Assembly: GCF_006345805.1 (NCBI RefSeq) | Contig: NW_021835996.1 | Location: forward strand, 62,001-126,000 | DNA from: Octopus sinensis | Lineage: Eukaryota | Length of the DNA: 64,000 bases | Direction: 5' to 3' | Shown: positions 34,104 to 47,177 of the stretch, one piece after another | Numbering within the stretch: the stretch's first letter is position 1 | How the letters are laid out: each line of letters opens with the position of its first letter | Program-made: the position numbers and the translations under genes | The notes under the pieces: model-generated | The model's database searches: none | The model's input: the letters and a program-made list of their open reading frames with translations, nothing else | What the model was told of the DNA's origin: nothing

Positions 34104-35078
34104 ATGGTGATTGCTGGTGTTAATATTCATATAGGGTGTAAGAGGTATTAAAAGACATCTGAAACGAGTAAATGCTCCAAAGAAATGGATGCTGAGCAAG
34201 ATGGGCGGTGTCTTTGTATGACTGAATGTCTACTAATGTATAAATAGGCACCAAAGCCCACATCAGGTCCCCACAAGCAACGTGAATGTATCCCAATGGC
34301 TCTGGTCCTTCGAGAATATTTCAAATTTGCTTTGAATTACCAAGAAACCAAAAAAATCGCTAAACGTAGAGTAGTGAAAATCGACAACAAAATTCGAACT
34401 GACCACCGATATCCGATTGGTCTGATGGGTGGGTATTCTTTAGTTTATTCTTAGATGTGATCTCTTTCGGAAAACTAAACAAGCACTACAGAATGCTTTA
34501 TGACGCCAAAGGACGATTTAAACCCACTCCTATTGGAGAAACTGAGGCCGAGGTTAAATCTATAGAGTTGTATTTGATAGGTCAAACTGTGTAAAGTTCG
34601 AAGAACCATAATCGGTCCTCAGAAGATTCCTTATCTATACACCTATGATGGAAGGACTATCAGATTCCCCAACCCTGCAGTAAAGGCTAATGACACGATA
34701 ATGCTCCATTTGGCTACGGGAGAGATTAAAGACTTTATAAGCATGGACAAGGGTTTGTTTCGTATGATTATTTGTAAGGCAACTTGTGTATTATTACTGG
34801 AGGGCGTAATTTGGGGCGAGTAGGGGTGGTCAATAAGATTGAGAAACACCCTGGTGTGTATGATATTGTTTATGTTGAGGATTCCTCACATAACAAGTTT
34901 TGTACTCGGTAAGAATTGTCGGTTTTATATAAGAATGCAAAATGTGTTTATTATTGGGAGGGGGAATTCTCCGTGGATCACGCTAAGTATTGATAATGGT
35001 GTCAGACTTACTACAATGGCTGATCGTGAGAGGAGACTCAAAATGTCTGCAAAAGCAAAGGGAATAGAATTGGCCTAA
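34104..35078 (+). CDS. RPS4: 40S ribosomal protein S4 (eS4), 7 exons
   Basis: Introns 34107-34134, 34216-34247, 34429-34454, 34553-34580, 34753-34778 and 34909-34933 (28, 32, 26, 28, 26 and 25 nt) give [21 protein letters not shown]...GPHK...KLCKV...DGRTIR...GGRNLGRVG...EKHPG. Confidence 0.97.
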
Positions 35079-35997
35079 TTTTTACTTTATTCTTTCATTA
35101 ATGTTTTGGTTTATATTTTTTCAGCTACTCTTTAACATCTTTGTGAGGATCTTTTTTTACTATATTTATCAATGACTTTCACTTGCTCACTACCCATTTT
35201 TTAGATTCTCATTGCTGTTCTAGTAGTTTCCTTGGTTATAGCGTTTATTTTTTTTTTAAATTTTTTTTTTTTTTGGACCTTCAAAAATTATTGAAATAAG
35301 TTGGCGTTTATTTGATCTTTGATCTCAATCTGCTGAGTCATCTTTCTCACTCCATCCACTTTTGCAATCCACCCGCATACTTTCCAGGGTTTTTCTTCTT
35401 AAAGGGCTTTCATGTATGCATTGATTGAATTGACTAAATTAAGAGTATTTGGACTGTGATTTTAAAAATTGCTTATACCATCACAGGTTAGCACTATAAG
35501 TACTATATTCACTTGAGCATTGTGGATCGATGGGATTTATTGCGGTATTCGTTTGTATTTTCATAAAATGACTAGCGCATAACAAGTCTATTTAAATTAT
35601 TTAATGATACTTTCTTCCATTGAAAATCACTAATTCCAGTTCAAAATGTTGACTTAAAATTGATTCATTCATACAATCTCTAATTGATTCATAAAATATA
35701 ATATTTACAAATATCTTGTTGAATTATCATTTAAGATCTTGCGGGGTGTTTTTGATTGAGGTCAACTCTATATTTGAAAGATAATTCTCTAATTAATATT
35801 TGTAGTATATAGGTCGTGTGAAAAGATTCCAAGCTTTTAATTCTAATCCCATTAAACAGTAAACAATGAATAATATAAATAAATTTGAATTTTAGTCAAT
35901 TCAATTCTTTTATTTCGTTTCAGATAACAAACGTTTATCGTTAAATTTATATACAAATTTATTCGAATAATACCGTAAAAATGATAATTTTGAAAGA

Positions 35998-36393
35998 ATG
36001 ATCAAATCCAGTGATAACTTAGAAATGGAAAGAAATGAAATGTGCAATATTTGCCATAAAACATTTTTGTTTCAAAAAGGATTAAAACAGCATATGAACA
36101 TTCATTTGAGCTATAGACTATTTACGTGTAAGGTACTTTCACTTAAAACAACGCTCCAAGGTCTGTAGTAAAGCATACACGCAATATTCCAATTTATGCA
36201 GGCATATAAAAAGCACAGCGTAAAAAAATCTGCTGCTACGATGGATACTAGCAGATATCAACACTCACTAGAAAATGACGAATCCGAAGGAAAAAAGCTA
36301 TATTATCAGTTGTATTTAAAGAAAGAATGTTTTATAAAGTATGAGAATTATTCAGAGGCATATATTTACAAAAGCATGTTAAAGAAATGTTAG
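35998..36393 (+). CDS. short C2H2 zinc-finger gene, Evi1/Prdm16/hamlet-type finger pair; apparent 1-nt frameshift
   Basis: CNICHKTFLFQKGLKQHMNIH...FTCK|28-nt intron|VCSKAYTQYSNLCRH. One extra A in the run at ~36207-36212 restores the final His (HIKKH) and joins ORF 36196-36393. Confidence 0.7.
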
Positions 36394-37073
36394 TTTATTA
36401 CTATTTCATGTTTTTGGGAATGTATAATCTAACCCCATTAATCTATCGAAACAATTTGAATACAATTAAATACAATAGTGAAAAATGCGACAAATCGGAC
36501 CAAAAGTGCAAAAACTTATCAATTCAAGAAGATAATAAATAATCAAAAAAACAAGAACACTCTCAGACAGAGTGAAAGGAATTATAACTGAAGACATCAA
36601 AGAATTAATCAGTTTTGAACGTTTCCTCCCCGCACATCCTTCAGAGAGCTACGATAAAAATAAAAGATTTTTAACGGGGCGATCAACTTTTATTTACACA
36701 AACAAGGCAATTTACGACGTGGCCACGTAGAATTCATTAACAGTGCACTCGAAAACATTAAAGTACGGATTCTCTTTAAAATTCATAGAAATTTGGAATG
36801 AAGCAAGATTTAGATTTATATATTAGAATATTGGAGGTTTTTCCTAAAGGGAAGATGATTGCAGAGACAGCTTTTCAGAGGGAACTAGTCCATTACCCTA
36901 AAAAGCAGCACTGCTGTGGAAACAATCTATCACATGGAAAAGAACGGTAGATGAACGAGTTTTGACTTTTAAGGAGTTGTTCCCAATGTATTCGGGCTCA
37001 AATCTTTTGCAATGAAGAGATATTTGAGGGCGATGTACTGGATGCCAAAGTTTAAAGGAATAAACCCCAACTA

Positions 37074-38534
37074 CACCCCTCGTCACCGAAAACCGGACAA
37101 GCCATTTTTTATGATTTTATTAATTAAATACGAAAAATCAAAAACTTAAGCTTAATATTTTTACTTAATAATAATAATTGTGTATTAATTATTAATTATG
37201 CTATTATAGAACTAATATTTAACGCAGAATTTCAATTTAGCTAAGACATGTAAAACCGGACAAAACTTTTATAGATCTAAAAGTCGTTGAAAAGAAGCTA
37301 AAAATGTATAGTCAAAGAAGAAGTCACCTTTCAGATTTCCTGAAAGGACAAATTATTGCATTTTATAATCATAATATGACTTATCGAATGATTTCTACAA
37401 GTATAGGAGTCCCAAAATCAACTGTATCAAATGTGATTCAGAAATTCAAAAAAACTGGATCAATTAACAGACATCCGGAAACTGAAAGAATAAAATATTG
37501 TAAGAGGAAGAAATTTTGATTTTAGTAAAACTATCAAATAATACCCCTTATAAAAGTGCCAAAACTCTTAGCATCGAAATTAAAAATATGTTCAAAAAAA
37601 ATTTCAACAAGAATAGTATCTCGAATTTTAAATAAGAAAGGATTATATGGCCGAGCTGCTAAAAGAAAACCTCTTTTATCCACAAAAAATATAATTTTAA
37701 GACGTGAAATTACGAAATCATTTTAAAGCATTTCCGACGAGACATAGAAGTCGGTAATTTTTACCGATGAATGGTCTTTTGATATTTTTAATATCAATGA
37801 GCATCAAATAGTGTATAGAAAAAATGGTTCTGCATACAAAAAATGCAATATTGTCCCAACTGTAAAATTCGGTGGTGGAAAAGTAATGGTTTGGGGCAGT
37901 TTCCGTATAACCGAGTCGGTAATCTTGTTTTTATTGATGGAATCTTGAATAGCGCGAAATATATTAATATTTTATCCAATAATATATTCGAATGTATCAA
38001 AAAATTTAGAATAGACTCATTTATCTTACAACATGATAATGCACCTTGCCATAAATCTAAAATATACAAGATTATATTAAAGAAAAAAACATTATTTTAC
38101 TTCAATGGCCGGCTCAATCACCGGATCTAAACCCGATAGAACATCTATGGGCAGAAATGAAGAGAGAATCATCAAAAAATGTAGCCAAAAACAAAAATGA
38201 ACTAAAGGACAAATTAGCAGAAATATGGAATACTATATCACTAGAATTATTGAAAAAACTAGTAATGTCTATGAAAAATAGGTGTTATAAAATTTTCAGT
38301 GCAAATGGTGGAAATATTAACTACTAAATGACTTGTTTTTATTTTTGTCCGGTTTTACATGTCTTAGCTAAATTGAAATTCTGCGTTAAATATTAGTTCT
38401 ATAATAGTATAATTAATAATTAATACACAATTATTATTATTAAGTAAAAATATTAAGCGTAAGTTTTTGATTTTTCGTATTTAATTAATAAAATCATCAA
38501 AAATAGCTTGTCCGGTTTTCAGTGACGAGGGGTG
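37074..38534 (+). mobile_element. full-length but inactivated Tc1 element with ~192-bp IR/DR-type TIRs
   Basis: TIRs 37074-37265 and 38343-38534 are nearly identical, with TA flanks and AAAACCGGACAA at both ends of each TIR. Frameshifted transposase with IFTDE, LQHDNAPCH and [11 protein letters not shown]. Confidence 0.95.
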
Positions 38535-38641
38535 TATGTTCTCCCTCTTCGTAAAGAACACGTCAAATCAGATCACTTCCAGCTCACTTTGGCCAGACTC
38601 GCTCTAAAAAGAATGTCGTTTGATATCGAGGCAGTTATTTC

Positions 38642-39949
38642 GGTACTGTTGCATTTCATACTGCACGAAAATTGCCTCTAAGTGAATTAATGAAAATTTT
38701 TATGAATATTAGATCGAAAACTTAAAAAATTAAACTATGCCGAATTTGACATTTTATTCTAATTTTTTTTAAAAAAATTTGAATTTTTACCGGCTTAGTG
38801 GTGTCAAAACAATACCGACAAAATTAAATCTGAGCTATTAACGACCACCTGTCTAAAAAGACACAGTTGTTGGTTAATAAAGATGCTTATCATCATTCCC
38901 TCAGTGACAAAATCTTTATTACAATAAAAAAGGTCAGCTGGTAGTACGAAGCGTGATATTCGGCGGACAAAATTTGACGATGGCATCTATTAGCTCATCG
39001 AAGGAGTTGTCTAAATGGCTCACTTGCCTTCTCCATAATGCACCCATGAAGTGACGCGGGGTCCCCCTTTGTCTCTTATGCACATAAGCAAGAGCATTGA
39101 GATCTGGCGTTGAATAACCTATTAGCAAGAATAAAGTAGAATTACCCTTCCATTTGTCAGTGTGTATCACTGATCCCGGTGCGATATTTTCCTGTATTGC
39201 GGCGGTTAGAGTTCTTTTGGAACGATCTGGAACCATCTTGATGAAACAGTCTTTACTTCCACGACAGATTCCCCCAAAAACCCATTGTTGAGGGAGAATC
39301 CGTCCTGCATTGTTTTTCCGTTTAGAAAACATGCATTCGTCAACTTGGACAACTTTGCCAATACCACCTAACAATCTAATGGAACACTCATACCAATAAT
39401 AATATGCGCAAACCTCTCGCAGGGAGTGAGACCAATTACGAATTGTATGGCTGCTCCATTCCAGTTGACGCCGACACCATAAAATACTGTGTCTGTCGAA
39501 ACTCCACATGTACATAAAGCGAATACATGACTGTAAGGTCACTTTCGTGCCTTCGAGCCACGTACCTAAAAATAAAGTACTCTCTTATACCGTTTCTAAT
39601 AGAACTATATGTTCGACACCCACTTTTATGGCACACCCATGTTGTATTCTCCTGCTGTTGGAGAAGGGTCATAAAATGTCTGTTTTGACATTTTTTTTCT
39701 TTGTGAAAGATTCCAACCTCTTGAAAGAAGGCAACTGACTCCATTTCAGTACGGGGAAGCTCATAGTCCTTCAGTTTTGCAAATTTTCGCATGACAACTG
39801 TATCATTCATCTCCACAAGCCGGTAAAAAATTCAATTTTTTTTAAAAAAAAATTAGAATAAAATTTACAAATTCGGCATAGTTTAATTTTTTAAATTTTC
39901 GATCTAATATTCATAAAAATTTTCATTAATTCATTTAGAGGCTATTTTC
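38642..39949 (-). mobile_element. Merlin (IS1595/ISXO2-like) DNA transposon, defective, with two tiny introns
   Basis: LGGIGKVVQVDE...KRKNNAGR...QWVFGG...VPDRSKRTL...IAPGSVIHTDKWKG, ~130-bp inverted repeats and 8-bp TSD GTTATTTC (38634-38641 and 39950-39957). Confidence 0.93.
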
Positions 39950-40962
39950 GTTATTTCTTGCAACAAACTAAGAAGTCAACCAAATTCTTTGTTCATAGTC
40001 TCCTCACAAAGTCCACTGCAGAAAGAACTAATAGAAAAGGCTCCAGCTTGTGCCCAGTTCTGTATTTCTGGGCCGTTCAAAAGTTTTTTGAGAAAACATG
40101 CTTACCTATTACGTGTTGGGGTATAGGACTGATGCAACTGGTAGAGTGGAGAATTCGGACGAAAATTTGTTCAATTTTTACTATGAAAGTGAAGAAAATA
40201 GGAAAAAACTAAAACCTATAAAACAATACATGAACAAGATGATGAAACAATCCTGGCACTGTGTATTTTGGTAAATGAATTGGATTTTGGATCCACTCTC
40301 AGTGGGTGGCTGATCTATTCACGAGAGGAAAATCCAAGTTTAGTTTCCAGAAAAGTGAATATACGTCTGTCGGAATAAAACTAATCTTCCATTGTTGCAT
40401 CAATAATTTTCAAACAGAGATTTACAATTTTTTTAATAACAACAACTTTTGTACATAGTCTTGAAATGTTATAAAATCGAGGATAAATTCTTAAAAGAAA
40501 ATGTTTTTTAAGTAAGAGGCGTGTTAAAGGACAATTAATAATTATTCATGAAAAAATTGTTTTAATCAAATTCAGATCTTTGGGACAAAATGAAGAATCT
40601 TTTTAATAAGGGTATAAAGGTCTGATATTGAAAAATTCTACTGAATGTCGTGTTTTTAACACCACAAAGCGTGTCACACAGGAAAATCAAATTTTTTTCG
40701 ATAGATACGAATTCTTTGTATAACACAGGAAACATGGGACCTCGATAAAAAATTTAATGCCTGAGTATTCCAAAGACCCATATGATTCATAAGTGTGAGG
40801 AATAGTTATTTTCTTTTAAAATAATCTTGCTAAGACTAGAAAATGAACATCAAACTGTGATACTTAATAAAATATTTTTTGCATTAATAATTAGATCGAA
40901 AAGAGTTATTGCCAGAATATATAAAAATAATGTAAAATAAAACTATCCAGGTTAATATATAA

Positions 40963-43900
40963 TCATCTCATCAGTAAAATTTCCCCTGAATCAGATGCAA
41001 CTAAAATAAGTTGACTCCGAGGAAGAAAAGTAAAACATTTGATATTCCCCTTAAATAAATTGACAGGCAATTCCATCGGCTGATAGTAACTCTAGAGAAA
41101 TCAAAGTTTAATCGTACTTTTTTGCCAGTGAACGACCCGTACCACCCAAGACGATGATTGGCCGACAGAGTGACCAAATCATTATTGTGGACTTCAATCT
41201 GAGATATCACATCCTGATGACCTCACAAATATACCAAAGTGTCAAACCACTGAGAATAAAATCTGATTTGACGTGGTCTTGGTAAACATTCAAACCAATA
41301 AGAGACTTGTCAGAACCAGAAGCCATCAACAATGAAGTATAGCAAGCATTGACCTTCCTTATTTCAAAAGGAGTGTGATATGTTTCCATAATCCTCCCAG
41401 AACGAATATCCGTGATGTACAAAAGTCCCGCAGATGAAGCAACAGCAACCCAATTATCAGATGGATCCACCGACACACTATTCACAGAACCAGAACTAAA
41501 ACGGTCGACAAGTCGGAAAAACAACGAGGGACTCTTTGCTCGAATGTCATACAAACTAGCACATAAAGGAAACATGAAACCCAATGTTAAGTCGACTGGT
41601 TGCCAATAGTATAGTAGACGAGGGAGAATGCAGGGGACAAATATCGGCAATGTCAAACATGGGATCATAAACCCGCACAACTCTCCCCTGAGAGTAATCC
41701 AGTGTCTGAAAAAGTAATTTCACATAAAAACGTGAAGACTTCCATCACAGGAAACGGCCTGCTCGGAGTTCTCGATCATCCCAAGTCCCCAGACTGGTCT
41801 CCGATGCATAGAATACGTCCACAGAGGTCTTCATGCTTATTTAATAATAGGTACCCCGATTTTTTACTATCCAAAATAGACCACATCCTGACTGTCTTGT
41901 CACGGGAAACACTTAAAAATCGATTTTCAGAACCAAGTGCTTGCATTTTGACAACGCTTGAGGAATGTCCCAAAAACGATTGAAGTCTGATTTGTTTCAA
42001 GTCAAAGAAGTAATCAAATCTTCCAAGACCGAGTTGATACATCCAATACGCCAGCCACTGCTCGTTCATTCGCTTTTTGATAATAATCCCGCCACTAAAA
42101 AATATTTTTGTTCCTTATTCTAGACTTGGCCACTTTGAGATCCTTCAACATCCTCGAGTTCCTGGAAAGTCTTTCCTTAACCAAGTCTTGGTTTGTGTTG
42201 TATGCTCCTACCAAATCACCAACTTTCTGGCTAAATTGGGTCGCTTGTTGCTTTGGAAATATTTGCTCGGTTAGAAAACGCCTATTCTGGTTACCAACAG
42301 CCCAACCTTCCAAAAATCCACATTAAGAGCAAATAACAGTCCAGCGCAAAGTCATCCGAATACACAAATTCACGCTGTTTCATGATAGACTCATCCTCAA
42401 TCACTATAAGTCAAAATTCCGAAAAGAACAATAATTGTTGAATGGTTCGAGAAGATGACATATGACTGATGACAGTTTATCTCTGCAGTGATACACACCC
42501 AGTCTCATTCCAAGGACAGAAATCACGTCCATTAGTTTATAGGCAACCAAAAGCCGTGTCTCACCACCACTTGAGAAAACGTGCTTTGAAGAAGACACCA
42601 ACATCAACACCGGGAGTACCATTTTCTGTATTATCATATCCTATATACTCAAAAAACAAGAAAATAGAACATCCAAATATTCGAATAATTTTTTTTCTGA
42701 CAGGGTGGACACACATGACTTCAACAGAACCAAAGAGCCAATAAGGGCTGCTTCCTTTTTCTCGTTAAGAACATATGAAGTGGCAATAATTGAGTTCTAA
42801 TATCAGCATAAAAAGATCACCATAGCTTTAACGTACTCAAAGTACTGTGCGGTAATAAATTCGTCTCCATAGGTGTTGGCCGCCTCCATCAAACACCTGA
42901 CTACTGGCTGGGAGTACACGTCCCCTTCCACAACACAAAACGAAAGGTAATCATGATGGAATACGTCTAAATCAAATCATAAGTGAATAAAACAGTTTAT
43001 TGACGCTGAATTGTACATCTTTCTGTACTCTGACAGGTAGTAGGACAATTCCATAACTCCCAGCAGTTTCCTGGTCACCGAGACAGCAGTCATGACTGGG
43101 CCGATTTCTTTAAACAACCAATAAATATTTTGTTCGCAAATCTCAGACAATTGTGACTTGTGTATGGAGGCACGAGGAATGTCGAATGGAGAATTGTTAG
43201 ACAAATTCATTCTCTCTTCGTCCATCACAGGAAATCCAGCCAAAGTATGTATAAATATCTCCGTAAATAATGCAAGGAAGGCCTCATCCCCCAACCTTCT
43301 CCGGACAATCGCCAAAAAATGTTGTGAATATAACTTTAGAAAAGTTTGATCAGGATTGTCAATTGTATATAGTCTCCGTAGAAGCGGGACAATGTCAACT
43401 GCAATTTGACGGGAAGATAAATGTCGAGTTATCCCATCAAAACAAAAAGGCATCAATTTTAAAGCAAGAAAACGGTTGTGGAGCAACGACTTAATAATTG
43501 AAAGGGAAACGGATATTTCCAGGTTATTCAACTTTGGAAGAACCCCGCCACAAAACTCGTGGACATCTACAACAATGTTGGAGATCAAGTCGTGGCTGGT
43601 ATTCAGGAGACTTGTAAAGTCAAGACTGTCTTCTCTCAGGAGCCTTGAACACAAATTCCACTCAAGTTTATTCAGATTGGCGGCGAAAGAGTAAATATCG
43701 TTGAAATGAGAGGGAAAATGGACATGTGGAGAAAGTACGTTAGTGTAGTATGGACTATCGAATAAAATGGATAGCAAGTTGACCATCGCCCTAATTTTTA
43801 TCAAAACGATGAAACATTGGGGCCTTGTGGCGATTGTCTTTGTAATGATGTCGTGCAATGTCATACCGAGAATTTAGATCACCAGAATTTGGGAAGAAAC

Positions 43901-45680
43901 TGAGTTCATCGAAAAAAATGATTTCAGCTATCAGGCAGCTCATGACCATCCAATTATGACTCGGCTTGACTTTCTTCTCGTTCATATCGTTGTCAAACGT
44001 GTCGAATACTTGCCTCACTGCACTGCCGTAAAACTGGCCCGTTTTTTCAATGTGTTCAATAAGACCATCAAAGCAGTCAAATGAATATAAGGGAAAAGAC
44101 GATATGCAACGAGAAGGGTGTTCTCGGCCAAAAAGTTTTACAGTATTGTGAGAATACAAGTCCAATGACTCACAAGCAAATGCTAAACTCACGTTCTTTG
44201 CTTCCAGAGCAGCCTCCCCAGTTAACTGCAAGTATTGGTTAGTCTTAATACTTTATAGCCAAAGGTGATATCAATCCAATGGTGGAGATTCCGAGATACT
44301 TGGTCACTTTCCAGGACTTGCCGATGACAGTCAATGAAATGTTGAGGCGAGCGAGCCCAACTGGGAAGTCGGAGATCCTCCAAATCGTCATGAATAGAAG
44401 AAAACATTAAGGGATCAGTAAAAAACTCAGGAATACATTCGTCGGGAGACCAGGAATAGAGACGAGACAGTGAGTTAGGATATTCCTTGGGCACCCACCG
44501 CTGTCTGAGAATACAGGACACGTGATACCTCACAATGGAGCATAGGATAGACTTGGGAGTCCTCCTGGCCATATACATATAGTATGTAACGTCTGATAGC
44601 ATTCCAGCAATGTGATGAGGCTTATGTTTATTCACAGAAAATTCATTTTCGTATACAGTTTCGAAAAATCCATTAAAAGTGACATCCAACTGGTCGTCTC
44701 CCTTGCATAATCTGTACTTTGATTTGGTCAGATCCCGCAAATTCCCATCCTCTGTTTCAAAGTCAGAGACCCACGGAAATATTGGATGGACACGGGCAGA
44801 TTCCATTTTCCTTCCAGCCATCGAGTTTAGAAACATCAAGTAATCGTAGTTTGACATTTTACCACACTGCCAGTCCTTCACGGCGGAATAAAAATCTTTT
44901 TTGGCCAAAAAGCCCTCATTGAAGTCTTTAATCGGAGAACCCAGATCTCCTTCATCCACGAATTGCGGACTCTCCGCAAAAAAGGGTGGAAATGTAAGCC
45001 AAAACGAGTCACTGACGTGAATATCGGAACAAGAAAGCGCAGGTAGTTCAAGTCCATTTTTACGTAAAGTCGAATTTAGGTTAAAAAGTTGGTAAATAAA
45101 ATAGCTCAGCAAAATTCCGCCATTTTTACGGAATTCCGTGGGACAGAATGCAAAAATATCCTTCAGACTTGGATTTCCACGGAGTTCTACAAAAACGTCA
45201 AATCCGTCGACCGTGAATTCAAAAATAGAGGGAATTAAACTGCCGGGTAAATACCCTCGACATTGCTGAGCGTACAAAGCGAGACTGTTCCTCTAATTTT
45301 AATAAACGTGTCCTCAACTGGTGTTGTGGGTTGGGAAGACTTTCTTTTGAGTGTTTTCTCCCAACCAAAGTGTTTGGAAATGTGAGGACAACTGTCGAGG
45401 ACTTTTTGCATGTCCCTCTGCTGGCTTTCCAAAACTCGTGTCCTCAGCAATTCACTCACGGAAATAGAGTCAGTTGTTGAAGAAACACGACTTTTTAATT
45501 GAGTACAAATTCGTACTTTTCGGATTTTTGAGGTTGAGTTTTAAGGAGAAATGCTCTCAATTTTATCGTTTTATCTCCAATGATAGATTCACGGGAATAT
45601 CCGAATTCTTGTAATATTTCTGTTAAAAATTGCATGTCGAACTTTTCGTTGTTTAAGCCTTTTCTTACATTTTCCGTCAT
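40963..45680 (-). CDS. WDR81: WD repeat and BEACH domain protein 81
   Basis: SNYDYLMFLNSMAGR, HPIFPWVSDF, RDLTKSKYRLCKGDDQLD, WSPDECIPEFF, LHHWIDITFGYKLTG, WLAYW and WD40 repeats (FLSVSRDKTVRMWS). Confidence 0.93.
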
Positions 45681-45899
45681 AAAACAAATATCGGCCTAGG
45701 AGATATATTATTGGGGTGTACTTCGATGTCGAATACTGAAATTTCTTCATTTGACCTTTCCTTGTTAAAAAATGTCGAATTTGTACTGAATCCACATTTT
45801 TGGAGAATTTTCTGACATTCATTGACATCAATACTCATATTGACTACTTAGACCACAAAATTTAATTAACATTTAAATAAATTTATATATAAATATCAA

Positions 45900-46863
45900 A
45901 ATCACCATCATTTAATTTTTCCACAATAACAAACACAACGATGGGGCAGTATATTCAAGACCAAGCCTCTGCTAAACTCGATCCTCATGGATTCATTGTT
46001 CAGTAAGAATCTAATGATGACAGTGCATTCAACCAGTCACGAATTAATGTTTGCAAGCTTAATTCCAAAGACTGATTTTAAAATTTTGTCCTGATTCCTT
46101 TTGGCATGTTGATATGTAGGTTGAAAGAAATCCATAATTTGTCACCCAAAGAACACTCAACCATCCCAGACTAATCGGAACACGGAAGGGAACAAGATAA
46201 ATGAGGTTATAGGAAACTGTCATGGAAGAAAAATAACACGTGAGAGCAAGGTTAACTAAGAAAACCAAAGTTTTCGTGACATATTGATAGATTTGTGCCT
46301 GAAATGAGTAAACTCTGTTTAAGAGTTGGGTCAACGAACGGAGAACAATATAATCGAAGGAAGAGGCCATGCCTTTGAATCTATAGAAAGAGATAGAGAA
46401 TCCCGATTTGGTAAAGCACGTAGTAAGGGGTTTAAAGGCTTTCGTTTTGGCTTGAAGAACGGTGATGATTGTTCCAGAAAGCCATAGATTTAAGCAGTGA
46501 TGATTTTTCTGTTCTCGAAGCTAGTTAACCTATTGTAAGCATGAGGGGGAAAATAAAAGATCTCATTTAACTCCAGAAAGTAGTCGGTGGGGGTTGGTTC
46601 CAGGCATCTATTGATAATTTGAACTACGTTGGAAAGGCATAATAAAATAAGTTTTTTTGAATTTCTTTGACTGTCTATAGAAGTACCTCAAAGCGCTCAA
46701 AAAGCGTTCAGTTTTTTTTGTTTAAAACAAATTTGTTGCACTTAAGGACAGAAAAATCGAGAACCGGAAATTACGACCTAATAAGAGTCGTTTTCCATGG
46801 ATATATTTGGGTCGAATTTGAATTGACGGCAATCGATGTTTTGAGTGTAAAGTTTCAGTCATT
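45900..46863 (-). CDS. hypothetical, possibly membrane protein; structure unresolved
   Basis: The 103-aa ORF 46059-46370 has hydrophobic segments and lies within a same-strand gene block. No recognised motif. Confidence 0.3.
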
Positions 46864-47177
46864 AATGAAAAAAACTTAATGATATAACTTTATTCCTGGA
46901 CAAAATTTCTAGGCAACCAACATAAAAAGGCAGGGATGAGCCTTTGTAGGACGAGAAAGCCCCAAGTTTCAGTGCCATTTAATAAATCTCCATGTTTTGT
47001 TATTAAGCAAAACATGTTTGATCCGGATTGTGGGCATTTAATGGCATATCTGTACACCGAAATTTGAGAATAGTAAATAATAAATTGGCGATAAATAGGG
47101 CACTCAAGCATTTTTTTATTTCCACGTCAGTCTTTGTGGCATTATTAAATAGTTTAAATGTTAATAAAAATTGTAAA

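Noticed and set aside
38934-39816. IS1595/ISXO2-like transposase as bacterial HGT or contamination
   Set aside because: Eukaryotic Merlin features are present: long TIRs, 8-bp TSD and spliceosomal-type introns.
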